A stretch of 37,573 bases of DNA from a virus (taxonomy: Duplodnaviria; Caudoviricetes): positions 1 through 37,573 of the IMG/VR virus record IMGVR_UViG_3300003887_000057, one strand, 5' to 3'. Both the position numbers and the translations under genes were made by a program. This document shows positions 1 to 7,737 of this stretch, piece by piece (positions within the stretch are counted from its first letter, which is position 1; each line of letters opens with the position of its first letter). A model generated the notes under the pieces. That model had not been told where the DNA came from and did no database searches. It saw only the letters and a list, made by a program, of their open reading frames with translations.

Positions 1-228
1 ATGTCGTCAGGAAGCGTGCCAGATTTAACCCCTGAGTCTGATATCAAAGCGCAGATCTGTAATAGCGCCATAAAGATCATCGATGCGCTTTCAAACGATA
101 AGCATACTACTGAATTCGATTGCTCGATGTTGAAGGCCGAATTAGTTAATATGTCACGCAATCTGGGCATGCTCGTTATATTGTCGAATCGCGTAAAATC
201 CATACCCCAAAAGGCGAGTGGATTATGA
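1..228 (+). CDS. Hypothetical protein
   Basis: 75 aa ORF; its stop overlaps the next start (ATGA at 225-228). Confidence 0.5.
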   Translation: MSSGSVPDLTPESDIKAQICNSAIKIIDALSNDKHTTEFDCSMLKAELVNMSRNLGMLVILSNRVKSIPQKASGL

Positions 229-485
229 GCGCCCAGTTCAAAGCTTCTTTCGAGGCTGAAGGGTTGAAGGTTCAGCTTTCCGCTTCTGGCTTCGGCTCAG
301 TTTTTCAAGATCAGCCTGAAGTCGATACAGACGAATCTTCCAATTTGCACAGCGAAGGCGAAGTTTCGGATCTGCATCATCAGATGGCGTTGGCATGCAC
401 TTCAGAAGTTTTTCGAGTGCATCAAGAGCTGGTTGCGCGTCGAGCCGAGTGGAATCTTCAGTCGATTCAGAATATGAACCCATAG
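225..485 (+). CDS. Hypothetical protein
   Basis: 86 aa ORF coupled to the upstream ORF; no recognisable motif. Confidence 0.5.
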   Translation: MSAQFKASFEAEGLKVQLSASGFGSVFQDQPEVDTDESSNLHSEGEVSDLHHQMALACTSEVFRVHQELVARRAEWNLQSIQNMNP

Positions 486-830
486 CCGTATTGCCTCTCT
501 TTCTGCATGTCCGCACGAGCCAAGGCTCTGGCGAAGCTCTGTGAAAATTTGGAATTGATTATGCGATAGACCGGGGCGTTTCAGGGCGCCGCCGGAATCC
601 TCAGGGCTGCCCTTTCCGTAGATGCGGAGGGTGTATGGGCCCCGAGACAAATCGAATATCTACGGCCGCGGGTCTGAGGCAAACGTCTGTCGGATGCCGC
701 CGGGGTCATGCACTGCGAAACGTACGAAACCGGAAGCCATGAGCTTCCGCCTCGTGAGGTGGGAAACCGTCTGGTCCCTGCGGATCTCCAGCGACGCCTC
801 GCGAGCCGAAAGCTCGTGCCTAACAACAAC

Positions 831-858
831 AAAGCCCCGAGCTGCAACTCGGGGCTTT
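831..858 (+). promoter_or_regulatory. Perfect 11-bp stem-loop (terminator/attenuator-like) upstream of the antirepressor
   Basis: AAAGCCCCGAG-CTGCAA-CTCGGGGCTTT, about 30 bp before the ATG at 890. Confidence 0.65.
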
Positions 859-889
859 CACTTCGGCCTGTACGGGCCAGGAGAAACAT

Positions 890-1657
890 ATGCAGGATCA
901 TCATACCGAACCTGGCGGTGGTCAGGGATTTCATCTGGTTCAAGTTCGTGATTCGGTGCCGGTGACCACCAGTCTAGTGGTGGCGGTCGGCACACAGCTG
1001 GACCACGCCAGTGTGATCCTCTTGGTTAGGAAGTATCAGAATGATTTAGAGGATTTTGGACTTCTCGATTTCAAATCGGAAAGTACAGGAGGTAGGCCCA
1101 CCGAATACGCCATCCTCAACCAGGAGCAGGCGACCCTGCTGCTCACCTACATGCGCAACACCGATATTGTGCGGGGATTCAAAAAGGCGCTGGTGAAGGC
1201 CTTCTGGGAGTTGGCCCGGAAGCAGCAGGACCCAGTGGAGGCCCTGCTGAGCATGACGCGGCCCGAGATGCTGGAGATGGCCGCGGGCATGGCTCGGGAG
1301 CGGGCAACCCTTCGGACCCAGAACGCGACCCAGGCAGCGACCATTGCGACCTTAGCGCCCAAGGCGGAATTTGCGGATCGCGTTTCGAATTCCAAGGATG
1401 TGCTGACGTTCAAGGAATTCGCCAAGGTGCTGGGCACCGGTCAGAACCGCTTCACGGCTTGGCTGCGTGAAATCGAGGTGTTGCTTCGTTACTCGACCGA
1501 GCCCTACCAAAGCCATGTGGATGCGGGCTATTTCAGGGTGGAAGAGCGCACTACGGAGGACGGTTCGGGTCGTGATCGGCTCTATACCAAGACCCTCATC
1601 ACCGGCAAAGGTCAGCTCTGGCTGCAGAAGAAGTGGGATGCGCGGGGTGCCAAGTGA
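890..1657 (+). CDS. Phage antirepressor: Rha-family N-terminal domain plus KilAC (ANT) C-terminal domain
   Basis: AGGAGA RBS. N-terminus TTSLVVA...HASVILLVRKY...GGRP...LN.EQATLL is Rha-like; C-terminus APKAEFADRV...FAKVLGTGQNRF..WLR...PYQ..VDAGYF...ITGKGQLWL is KilAC-like. Confidence 0.88.
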   Translation: MQDHHTEPGGGQGFHLVQVRDSVPVTTSLVVAVGTQLDHASVILLVRKYQNDLEDFGLLDFKSESTGGRPTEYAILNQEQATLLLTYMRNTDIVRGFKKALVKAFWELARKQQDPVEALLSMTRPEMLEMAAGMARERATLRTQNATQAATIATLAPKAEFADRVSNSKDVLTFKEFAKVLGTGQNRFTAWLREIEVLLRYSTEPYQSHVDAGYFRVEERTTEDGSGRDRLYTKTLITGKGQLWLQKKWDARGAK

Positions 1658-1842
1658 AGATCACCCTTTGTCCCTTGTTGCATCTACTGGATGGTTTGGC
1701 GGGCCGCGGACCGCAGGTACCGATCACTCATCTGGAGACGCTGCCTCTTTGCGAGTGTGGCCAGCCGCTGGAGTTGGAGCTGGAGCGCGACCACGGCACA
1801 TGCGTGGGTTGCCAGCGCCAGGAAGCCGAGGCGATGCCATGA
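1654..1842 (+). CDS. Small Zn-finger protein
   Basis: GTG start overlaps the antirepressor stop; CECG...CVGC motif. Confidence 0.6.
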   Translation: MKITLCPLLHLLDGLAGRGPQVPITHLETLPLCECGQPLELELERDHGTCVGCQRQEAEAMP

Positions 1843-2045
1843 AGCCCCAAGCCCAGAAATACGCCTGCGAGCACTGCCGGGATACCGGAATCGTTGAGGT
1901 GATGGTTGTGGAGGAAACCTCCTGGATGTGGCGGCGGGAATGCCAGCCATGCCCGGAGTGCTGCCCGGTGGATGTGATCCCGGCCTGGGTTCAGATCCTG
2001 ATCGTGGTGGCGGTGGGTTATCTGCTTTCGCTGTGGGGGTGCTGA
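1839..2045 (+). CDS. Small Zn-finger protein with C-terminal membrane anchor
   Basis: ATGA overlap; CEHCRDTG...PCPEC followed by hydrophobic WVQILIVVAVGYLLSLW. Confidence 0.65.
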   Translation: MKPQAQKYACEHCRDTGIVEVMVVEETSWMWRRECQPCPECCPVDVIPAWVQILIVVAVGYLLSLWGC

Positions 2046-2269
2046 TGAGCGCCGAGAAGCGATATCAGGCCGCTGCGGAAGAGATGGCCAAGCGCCTGCG
2101 GATTTGGAAGCGCTTGGCGCAACAGAGCCGAGAAGCCGAGCGCGAGCAGGTGGTTTTGGATGTTCGAGAGCTTTGGGAGCCCAGTGATGAGGCTGCCCTC
2201 GCGGAATTTGAAGCGGCCAAGGCCGCGGTAGTGGGTGCGGTTCCTTTGCCGATGGAGATTTCTGCATGA
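2045..2269 (+). CDS. Hypothetical protein
   Basis: TGATG coupling at 2043-2047 (MSAEKRYQ...); ATGA overlap with the next gene. Confidence 0.6.
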   Translation: MSAEKRYQAAAEEMAKRLRIWKRLAQQSREAEREQVVLDVRELWEPSDEAALAEFEAAKAAVVGAVPLPMEISA

Positions 2270-2745
2270 AGGCCAAAAAAATGGGCTTGATGGCGCATGG
2301 ATGGTTTCCCCCGGTGACGATCTCGGGGGCTGATGTTGGCCTGGAGCAGGCGAAGAAAGCGCTGGAGGAACATAAGGCCACGCGGCCTGATCATCTGGCA
2401 TTGAAGCTGCGCAATCGCGATGAGCAGAAGGTTTGGTCGAAGTGGTGCGCTCGCAAATTTGAATTGGAAGCGGCCGTGGAGAGGGCGGCACGGGGCTTTT
2501 CGCCTGATGTGAAGGCAGCTCTGGAACCCGAACCCAAGACCGTAGCTTCGCGTCTGAGGGATATGGTCTACAACCTGAACAACCATGTGGACGTTGCCCG
2601 AAATGCCGAGACGCGGCAGGTCTGGCAAAAGGCGGCAGATCGCATTTATGCCACGCGAGACCGCATCAAGTCGTACGTCAAGAAGCATGGCCTAGAGATG
2701 CCGTGCACTCCCACTGCGCCCAAGTTTAAGGATGACGAAAAATGA
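2266..2745 (+). CDS. Hypothetical basic protein
   Basis: 159 aa, translationally coupled at both ends. Confidence 0.7.
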   Translation: MKAKKMGLMAHGWFPPVTISGADVGLEQAKKALEEHKATRPDHLALKLRNRDEQKVWSKWCARKFELEAAVERAARGFSPDVKAALEPEPKTVASRLRDMVYNLNNHVDVARNAETRQVWQKAADRIYATRDRIKSYVKKHGLEMPCTPTAPKFKDDEK

Positions 2746-3251
2746 CGATGAATCTTGAAATCATTCGAGCCATGGGGCATACCCGCCGCTGGCACACGGC
2801 CCCGGTGTTGCGAGAGCAGAATCTGGCGGAACACTCAGCCCTGGTGGCGCTGCTGGGGATGTGGTTGGTGCGCGAGTTGGCCATTACCCCTGAAGAGAAG
2901 TCGGATATCTTGCATCTCTCCTTGGTGCATGACGCGCATGAAACGGTGTACGGAGATCTGCCGTACCGGGTGAAGACCGAGACGAAATCCCGCGGCATTG
3001 ATCTGGATAGCGAGTGCCAGTTGGCGTTTTGGGGATGGGAGATCCTGGATCGGTTCCAGCCGTTCGCGGTGAAGGTCGTGCACATGGCTGATCGCCTGGA
3101 AGCGGCCCTGCATGCGGAACGCTGGGTGCCGGAATTGGCCGATGAAACGACGAACGAGGCCATTCGCGTGGCGGAAGCCACCTTTGGCGATGGTGGAGAT
3201 CTTTCTAACAAGATCCTCACGCGGGTTCGTGCGGCCCTGGGGGTGATCTGA
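2742..3251 (+). CDS. HD-domain phosphohydrolase (YfbR-like 5'-deoxynucleotidase; same family as DatZ dATPases)
   Basis: Motifs RRWH...QNLAEHS...LVHDAHETVYGDLPYRVK...VHMADRLEA match the YfbR/HD pattern. Confidence 0.85.
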   Translation: MTMNLEIIRAMGHTRRWHTAPVLREQNLAEHSALVALLGMWLVRELAITPEEKSDILHLSLVHDAHETVYGDLPYRVKTETKSRGIDLDSECQLAFWGWEILDRFQPFAVKVVHMADRLEAALHAERWVPELADETTNEAIRVAEATFGDGGDLSNKILTRVRAALGVI

Positions 3252-3736
3252 TGGGCGCCATGGCGTTGCTTCAACGCTGCCGCACCACGCTGGCTTCGGT
3301 GGATGAGTTGCTGCCCAGCGGTTTGAACCCGACCGGGCCTCTGCAGCGGCTCGCGGATGATCTGGATGATTTTTTGGAGAACGGGATGCCGCCCCAGGAT
3401 TGGCGGCTGATGCGGCTCTGCAATGAAATGCTGGGCGAGCGGGTTCGGCTGCAGCAGCGGGTGGTGGCTTGGCAGGATGCGACCTTTGGCGAGGCCAACA
3501 CGCTGGAAGGCCTGCTGGCAAAACTGCAGGAGGAAGTGGGTGAACTCGTTGACGCTCCCATGGAAGACAAGCCGCGAGAGGCAGCGGATTGCCTGCATGT
3601 GCTGTTTGGCATCGCCGGGAAGCTGGATATGGATCTGCTGGCTGCGACGGAATTGGTGTTCCAGCGAAACCAGCTTCGCAAATGGGGGAAGCCTGGGGCG
3701 GATGGACGGATCCGTCATTTGGGCGAGGGGGATTGA
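3251..3736 (+). CDS. MazG-like all-alpha dNTP pyrophosphatase (DUF550/MazZ-like)
   Basis: C-terminal WQDATFG...LAKLQEEVGEL...EAADCLHVLF...RNQLRKWGKP.ADGRIRH; EExxE and ExAD metal-binding pattern. Confidence 0.78.
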   Translation: MGAMALLQRCRTTLASVDELLPSGLNPTGPLQRLADDLDDFLENGMPPQDWRLMRLCNEMLGERVRLQQRVVAWQDATFGEANTLEGLLAKLQEEVGELVDAPMEDKPREAADCLHVLFGIAGKLDMDLLAATELVFQRNQLRKWGKPGADGRIRHLGEGD

Positions 3737-4998
3737 TGCGCGATTATGCCGAGATTTCCCCTCGGATCTGGACGGGGGATACCGGGCGAAAGATCCGAGC
3801 GATGGGGCAGACGGCGCAGCTGGTGGCGCTCTACCTGCTGAGCTGTCCAAACAGCAATATGACCGGCCTGTTCTACCTGCCTTTGCCGACGCTCAGCCAT
3901 GAGACGAACTGCAATGTGGAGACCGCACGTCATGTCCTGCAGGCGCTTTCAGAGATCGATTGGGCCCACTACGACGAGTCGGAAGAGACGGTCTGGATCG
4001 TCAACATGGCCCGGGATCAGGTGGGTGCGTATCTGGATGCGAAGGACAACCGGTGGAAGAGCGTGGTTCGCGAGTTGACGGTGTTCCAAAAGAGCCGTTT
4101 CCTGCCGGAATTTTTGGACTACTACTGGGAAGCCTATGGGCTTTCGCAGGCATTCGAAGCCCCTTCGAAGCCCCTTGCGAGCCCCTTCGAAGCCCCTTGC
4201 GAGCCCCTTCGAAGCCCCTTGCGAGCCCCTTCGAAGCCCCTTGCAAGGGGGACAAGGTTTGAGGCTGGGAATCCCGGAAGCCCCTTCGAAGGGGGTGGAC
4301 CAAGCGCGCCAGAGTCACCGGAAGCCCCTTCGAAGCCAGGAACAGGAACAGGAACAGGAGCACGAACAGGATCAGGAGCACGAACAGGATCATTTACAGG
4401 AACAGAAGCAGGAACACCGGAAGATGAAGGGGCTTCGTCCTTCCTTCCTGATTGGCTTTTTCAAGAGCTTGGAACTATGGGCATCCGAGAAGCCAAGGCT
4501 CGAAACCTGTTTGAGGATCTGGGTGCTTATGGGCTGCAAGCGGCGCTGGCCAAGGTCAAGACACGGGCCACGGGAGAGAAGGCGGCGGGACTCCTCATCA
4601 GCCGAAGCCATGAGCTGGCCGAGGAGGGGAAGGCGCTGCTGAAGAAGAACCTATCCCGGGCCATGGCCTTGTCGCCCAAGGCTCTGGAGGATCCCATTTG
4701 GGTGATCCTTCCGGAATCACTCCGGGAAGATCCCGAAGTTCAGGCATCCTGGTGCGTCTGGAAGGCCGCTGACAAGATCGCGGATGAATCCACCGAGGGA
4801 AGCCGCCTGGATGCGATTGGAACGTCCCTGGGGGCCTTGGATCGCGTTATGGATCTGATTTTGGCGCGGCATCCCCAATCCGAATCCCTTCGGGCCCGGG
4901 TGGATGAGTTGATCGCCAGTCTAGGGGCGAGCATCAGCCCGAGTCTGGCGAAGCAGGCCGCGTTTCGTGAGGCGATTTCTGGCTGTGGGGTGTCGTGA
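3736..4998 (+). CDS. Phage replication initiator (replisome organiser)
   Basis: TGATG coupling at 3734-3738. N-terminus MRDYAEISPRIWTG...VALYLLSCPNSNMTGLFYLP is typical of phage initiators; a central low-complexity linker carries tandem repeats. Confidence 0.8.
   Translation: MRDYAEISPRIWTGDTGRKIRAMGQTAQLVALYLLSCPNSNMTGLFYLPLPTLSHETNCNVETARHVLQALSEIDWAHYDESEETVWIVNMARDQVGAYLDAKDNRWKSVVRELTVFQKSRFLPEFLDYYWEAYGLSQAFEAPSKPLASPFEAPCEPLRSPLRAPSKPLARGTRFEAGNPGSPFEGGGPSAPESPEAPSKPGTGTGTGARTGSGARTGSFTGTEAGTPEDEGASSFLPDWLFQELGTMGIREAKARNLFEDLGAYGLQAALAKVKTRATGEKAAGLLISRSHELAEEGKALLKKNLSRAMALSPKALEDPIWVILPESLREDPEVQASWCVWKAADKIADESTEGSRLDAIGTSLGALDRVMDLILARHPQSESLRARVDELIASLGASISPSLAKQAAFREAISGCGVS
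4156..4420 (+). repeat. 11-bp iteron-like tandem repeats followed by purine-rich AGGAAC repeats; probable replication origin
   Basis: Eight tandem units (GA/CG)AGCCCCTT(C/G) at 4156-4243, further copies at 4277 and 4321, then strand-asymmetric GGAACA repeats at about 4338-4420. Confidence 0.85.
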
Positions 4999-5177
4999 TG
5001 GTGCGCCATGACGCTCGAAAGAATCGGCAGGATCTGAAATCGGAACGCATCCGAATTGGATTGGGGCTCCTCACTCCCGAGGAGCGCCAGGCGCGATTGG
5101 AGGCGGATCGGAAACGCCAGCAGGATGCCCAGCGGCAAGCCGCGCTGGGGGTGCCGCTACTGGGAGAGGAGGCATGA
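4995..5177 (+). CDS. Hypothetical small basic protein
   Basis: 60 aa; GTGA and ATGA overlaps with both neighbours. Confidence 0.6.
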   Translation: MMVRHDARKNRQDLKSERIRIGLGLLTPEERQARLEADRKRQQDAQRQAALGVPLLGEEA

Positions 5178-5725
5178 TGGTTCCCTTAGATGAAATTCAG
5201 GAGAACCAAGAAGGTTCAGGCGTTCGAGTTGCCGAACTCGTGGCCCTCGACATCAAGGACATTCGAAACGATGCCGTTGGCGGCACGGTGATCCACGTTC
5301 GCCAGGGAAAGGGCGACAAAGACCGCATGATCCCGGTGCGGCCGGAGGTTCGAAAGGTCGTGGATCGTTACTTGAATGCCAGCCACCGAAGCCGAAATGA
5401 CACGGGCGCACTGTTTCTTTCAGAAGACCGTGCCATGGCCAGCCGTGAAAACTGGCGACTGACCACGAAAACGGCCGGCAAGTTGGTGCGCGAGATCGCC
5501 GATCGCGCCGACATCAAAAAGCGCGTCTCTCCTCACGCCCTGCGCCACACCTTCGCCTTTGTGTCGTACCTGCACGGCCGTAACCCGCTCGCCATCCAAA
5601 AGCTACTTGGACACGCATCGCTCAACACGACGATGCGCTACCTCGCCCACTTGGATGACCTCGACCTTCGATCCACCATCCCTGCCGTCCTGTGTGGAGG
5701 CAGGGCCACGCGCAAAGTTGCGTGA
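5174..5725 (+). pseudogene. N-terminally truncated XerC/D-like tyrosine recombinase (catalytic domain only)
   Basis: All catalytic motifs present (GVRVAEL, GKGDK, HALRH, LLGH, TMRYL) but only about 14 residues precede the first motif; core-binding domain absent. Confidence 0.8.
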
Positions 5726-5741
5726 TCTGATCAGGTAGGCA

Positions 5742-5969
5742 ATGAAACACAAGACCTTGCATTCGCTCATGTCGGAGCTTCGCGAACGCCGTGAGGATCT
5801 TGGCTGGACCCAGGAACAGCTAGCAAAGCGGGCTGGATTCTGCCGCCTCACGGTTTCTAGAACCGAATCGCATACAAACAAGCCTTCTATCGAGCACATC
5901 TCAATCTTGGCCGAGGCCCTTGGGTTCGACCTTTCGATTGAGCTCGTTCACAGGCCCACTTTCGAATAG
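5742..5969 (+). CDS. XRE/Cro-CI family helix-turn-helix protein
   Basis: LRERREDLGWTQEQLAKRAGFCRLTVSRTES...PSIEHISILAEALG. Confidence 0.85.
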   Translation: MKHKTLHSLMSELRERREDLGWTQEQLAKRAGFCRLTVSRTESHTNKPSIEHISILAEALGFDLSIELVHRPTFE

Positions 5970-5977
5970 AGGTATCC

Positions 5978-6373
5978 ATGGAATTGATTGACGCAATTAT
6001 GCACGTGAAACAAAACGAAAACTGGAACATGACAGCAGCCGAAACGCTGCTGGAATCCCTACACCGTCACCCGCGCCTGATGGACGTGCTGTTAGAACGT
6101 GAACGTCAGATCAATGCAGAGGGATGGACCCCAGATCATGACGACCAGCACGAAGGCGGGGAACTCGCTGTGGCTGGGGCCTGTTATTTGGAGGAGGGTG
6201 GCACCAACCTCACTACAGACGAGGATATTGAAGAGCAGGGCATTTGCCCGCCCTCGAATTGGCCATGGGCAGAGAGATGGTGGAAGCCCACCGTAGGTCC
6301 AGAGCGGAACCTGATCAAGGGTCTCGCTCTCGGTCTCGCAGAACTCGAACGACTTGACCGAATCCAACCCTGA
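5978..6373 (+). CDS. Conserved phage hypothetical protein
   Basis: GAGG RBS; ERERQ...EGWT..HDD.H..GELA.A..CY...WPW...WWKP...RNL.K..AL..AE.ERLDR pattern, which I recognise from phage accessory genes. Confidence 0.8.
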   Translation: MELIDAIMHVKQNENWNMTAAETLLESLHRHPRLMDVLLERERQINAEGWTPDHDDQHEGGELAVAGACYLEEGGTNLTTDEDIEEQGICPPSNWPWAERWWKPTVGPERNLIKGLALGLAELERLDRIQP

Positions 6374-6374
6374 T

Positions 6375-6518
6375 CTGTTCAACACAGATCGGGATAGATG
6401 GGAGCCAACCGCAGGAGCGCACCCGCTAAGAGAAGATGCCAGAAGGGAAATCAACTTTGATTGGCGCTACAACCATCCAAATGAAAAGTTTCGCATTAAG
6501 AAATACATCCAGGCGTAG
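6375..6518 (+). pseudogene. Headless gene fragment beginning at a boundary motif
   Basis: Open frame LFNTDRDRWEPTAGAHPLREDARREINFDWRYNHPNEKFRIKKYIQA* with no ATG start or RBS; begins at CTGTTCA. Confidence 0.5.
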
Positions 6519-6533
6519 CCAGAAAGGTGAAAC

Positions 6534-6632
6534 ATGAACCTGAAAACAGCCTTTGAAATCGTTTTCGTATTTCTTTGTTTTGGGATCATCTGCTTTGCGC
6601 TTGGCTTCCTCAACGGCAAACGGCGCACCTAA
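6534..6632 (+). CDS. Small membrane peptide (32 aa)
   Basis: GAAAGGTGA RBS; MNLKTAFEIVFVFLCFGIICFALGFLNGKRRT*. Below the ORF track cut-off. Confidence 0.65.
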   Translation: MNLKTAFEIVFVFLCFGIICFALGFLNGKRRT

Positions 6633-6643
6633 ACGATCTGTCC

Positions 6644-6730
6644 ATGAACACTCCTAACCCATTCCTTATCGCATTCCCCATCTGCCTAGCCCTGCTAGTG
6701 CTTGCCAAGCGGCTAGGTTGGGTTAAGTAA
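6644..6730 (+). CDS. Small membrane peptide (28 aa)
   Basis: MNTPNPFLIAFPICLALLVLAKRLGWVK*; bounded by motifs at 6638 and 6733; no clear RBS. Confidence 0.45.
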   Translation: MNTPNPFLIAFPICLALLVLAKRLGWVK

Positions 6731-6752
6731 TTCTGCCCATCTGGAGGAACCA

Positions 6753-6875
6753 ATGGAAATCACGAAAGGCTTCATCGAGGCTGTGGAGATGGGAGCAGAA
6801 GACATCCGATCTGTTGTCCGTGACTGCGAGAAAGAGTTAGCCGAGAAATACACGGATGGTGCAGGATGTCCATGA
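6753..6875 (+). CDS. Small acidic protein (40 aa), possibly 3'-truncated
   Basis: GGAGG RBS; MEITKGFIEAVEMGAEDIRSVVRDCEKELAEKYTDGAGCP*; reads through the motif at 6866. Confidence 0.6.
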   Translation: MEITKGFIEAVEMGAEDIRSVVRDCEKELAEKYTDGAGCP

Positions 6876-6886
6876 AAGGGAACCAA

Positions 6887-7117
6887 GTGAAGCTGCCCTG
6901 GTCCTTCCGAATCCGCCAAGCCTGGGAACTGATTTGGCATGGCACTGATACCCGATATGAGAGCGCCCTGGCAACGCTCCAGCAGGTTTCCATTGACTTG
7001 GACGAAGCCATGATCGACCGGAAGCTCTACCGCCTAACGCTCATGAAGGTCGAGGACTACGCAAGGGGCACCGACGCCATGCTCCACGCCCTCGTTTCCA
7101 ACACCCTCAACCACTGA
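6887..7117 (+). CDS. Hypothetical protein
   Basis: Likely GTG start after GAAAGGGAACCAA (alternative ATGs at 6866 and 6872); stop overlaps the motif at 7117. Confidence 0.65.
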   Translation: MKLPWSFRIRQAWELIWHGTDTRYESALATLQQVSIDLDEAMIDRKLYRLTLMKVEDYARGTDAMLHALVSNTLNH

Positions 7118-7140
7118 TGTCCAGAAAGGTGAAGCAATGA
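7114..7140 (+). repeat. 27-bp direct repeat, copy 1 (stop + motif + RBS + start)
   Basis: CTGATGTCCAGAAAGGTGAAGCAATGA; differs from 7711-7737 at one base. Confidence 0.9.
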
Positions 7141-7397
7141 GAATCACGAACGGATTTAACCTGGGCTGGGAATGGGGCTTTGGGTCCATGGGACAGTCCC
7201 GTAACTTCGCTGTGCTCGCATCCTGGCACCCGTCATGGTCACTCACCTGGGCATGGGCGCTCTACTGGTCGAAGGGCTTCGAATGGAAGCCCGGCTTCCG
7301 CCGCTGCCGTGGTGCCATTGGCTGGCTCTCTATCCCGCTGCTGTGGCTGGGGACGCTCGATCTCCGCTGGCAGCCCACCGTGCGCCGTCTGGCGTGA
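7137..7397 (+). CDS. Trp-rich hypothetical protein
   Basis: 86 aa, GAAAGGTGA RBS, motif immediately after the stop. Confidence 0.65.
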   Translation: MRITNGFNLGWEWGFGSMGQSRNFAVLASWHPSWSLTWAWALYWSKGFEWKPGFRRCRGAIGWLSIPLLWLGTLDLRWQPTVRRLA

Positions 7398-7436
7398 ATG
7401 TCCACATTCCACACCCATCCCGCGAAAGGGGAACCA

Positions 7437-7619
7437 ATGATCCTTTCCGTTTCTCAACTCCGTGAAGCCCTAGAACACATGGGTGGTGGAGACGATGACG
7501 ATCTAATCGAATTTGCTAAGGCTGAAACAGATGCAGACGGGCATTCAGGTGCGGGCATCTATGTCGCCAGTGCGGAATATCCAGACGAAGGCGGAATCTA
7601 CCTCGGACCTCAAGCATGA
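7437..7619 (+). CDS. Acidic hypothetical protein
   Basis: GAAAGGGGAACCAATG leader; MILSVSQLREALEHM...AEYPDEGGIYLGPQA*. Confidence 0.7.
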   Translation: MILSVSQLREALEHMGGGDDDDLIEFAKAETDADGHSGAGIYVASAEYPDEGGIYLGPQA

Positions 7620-7714
7620 GGCAGCGACACGTCAACTTGCTATTCGCTATCGCGATAGGCATCGCATGGGCGTCAATCCTGTTTATTCCGCTGATTTCTC
7701 ATCTCAAACGCTGA
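7616..7714 (+). CDS. Small membrane peptide (32 aa)
   Basis: ATGA overlap; MRQRHVNLLFAIAIGIAWASILFIPLISHLKR*. Confidence 0.6.
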   Translation: MRQRHVNLLFAIAIGIAWASILFIPLISHLKR

Positions 7715-7737
7715 TGTCCAGAAAGGTGAACCAATGA
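7711..7737 (+). repeat. 27-bp direct repeat, copy 2
   Basis: CTGATGTCCAGAAAGGTGAACCAATGA. Confidence 0.9.

Noticed and set aside
708-965. ORFs 622-951 and 708-965 as genes
   Set aside because: They overlap the antirepressor start and run through strong hairpins; a regulatory leader explains the region better.
2742-3736. Claim that this phage has a Z (2-aminoadenine) genome
   Set aside because: No PurZ or dedicated polymerase is visible in the window; the hydrolase pair alone is insufficient.
4156-4337. Tandem repeats as a CRISPR array
   Set aside because: Units are 11 bp, abut without unique spacers, lie inside an ORF, and no cas genes are present.
7114-7737. 27-bp direct repeats as CRISPR repeats or attL/attR
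   Set aside because: Only two full copies, separated by 570 bp of coding DNA, and far inside the phage.
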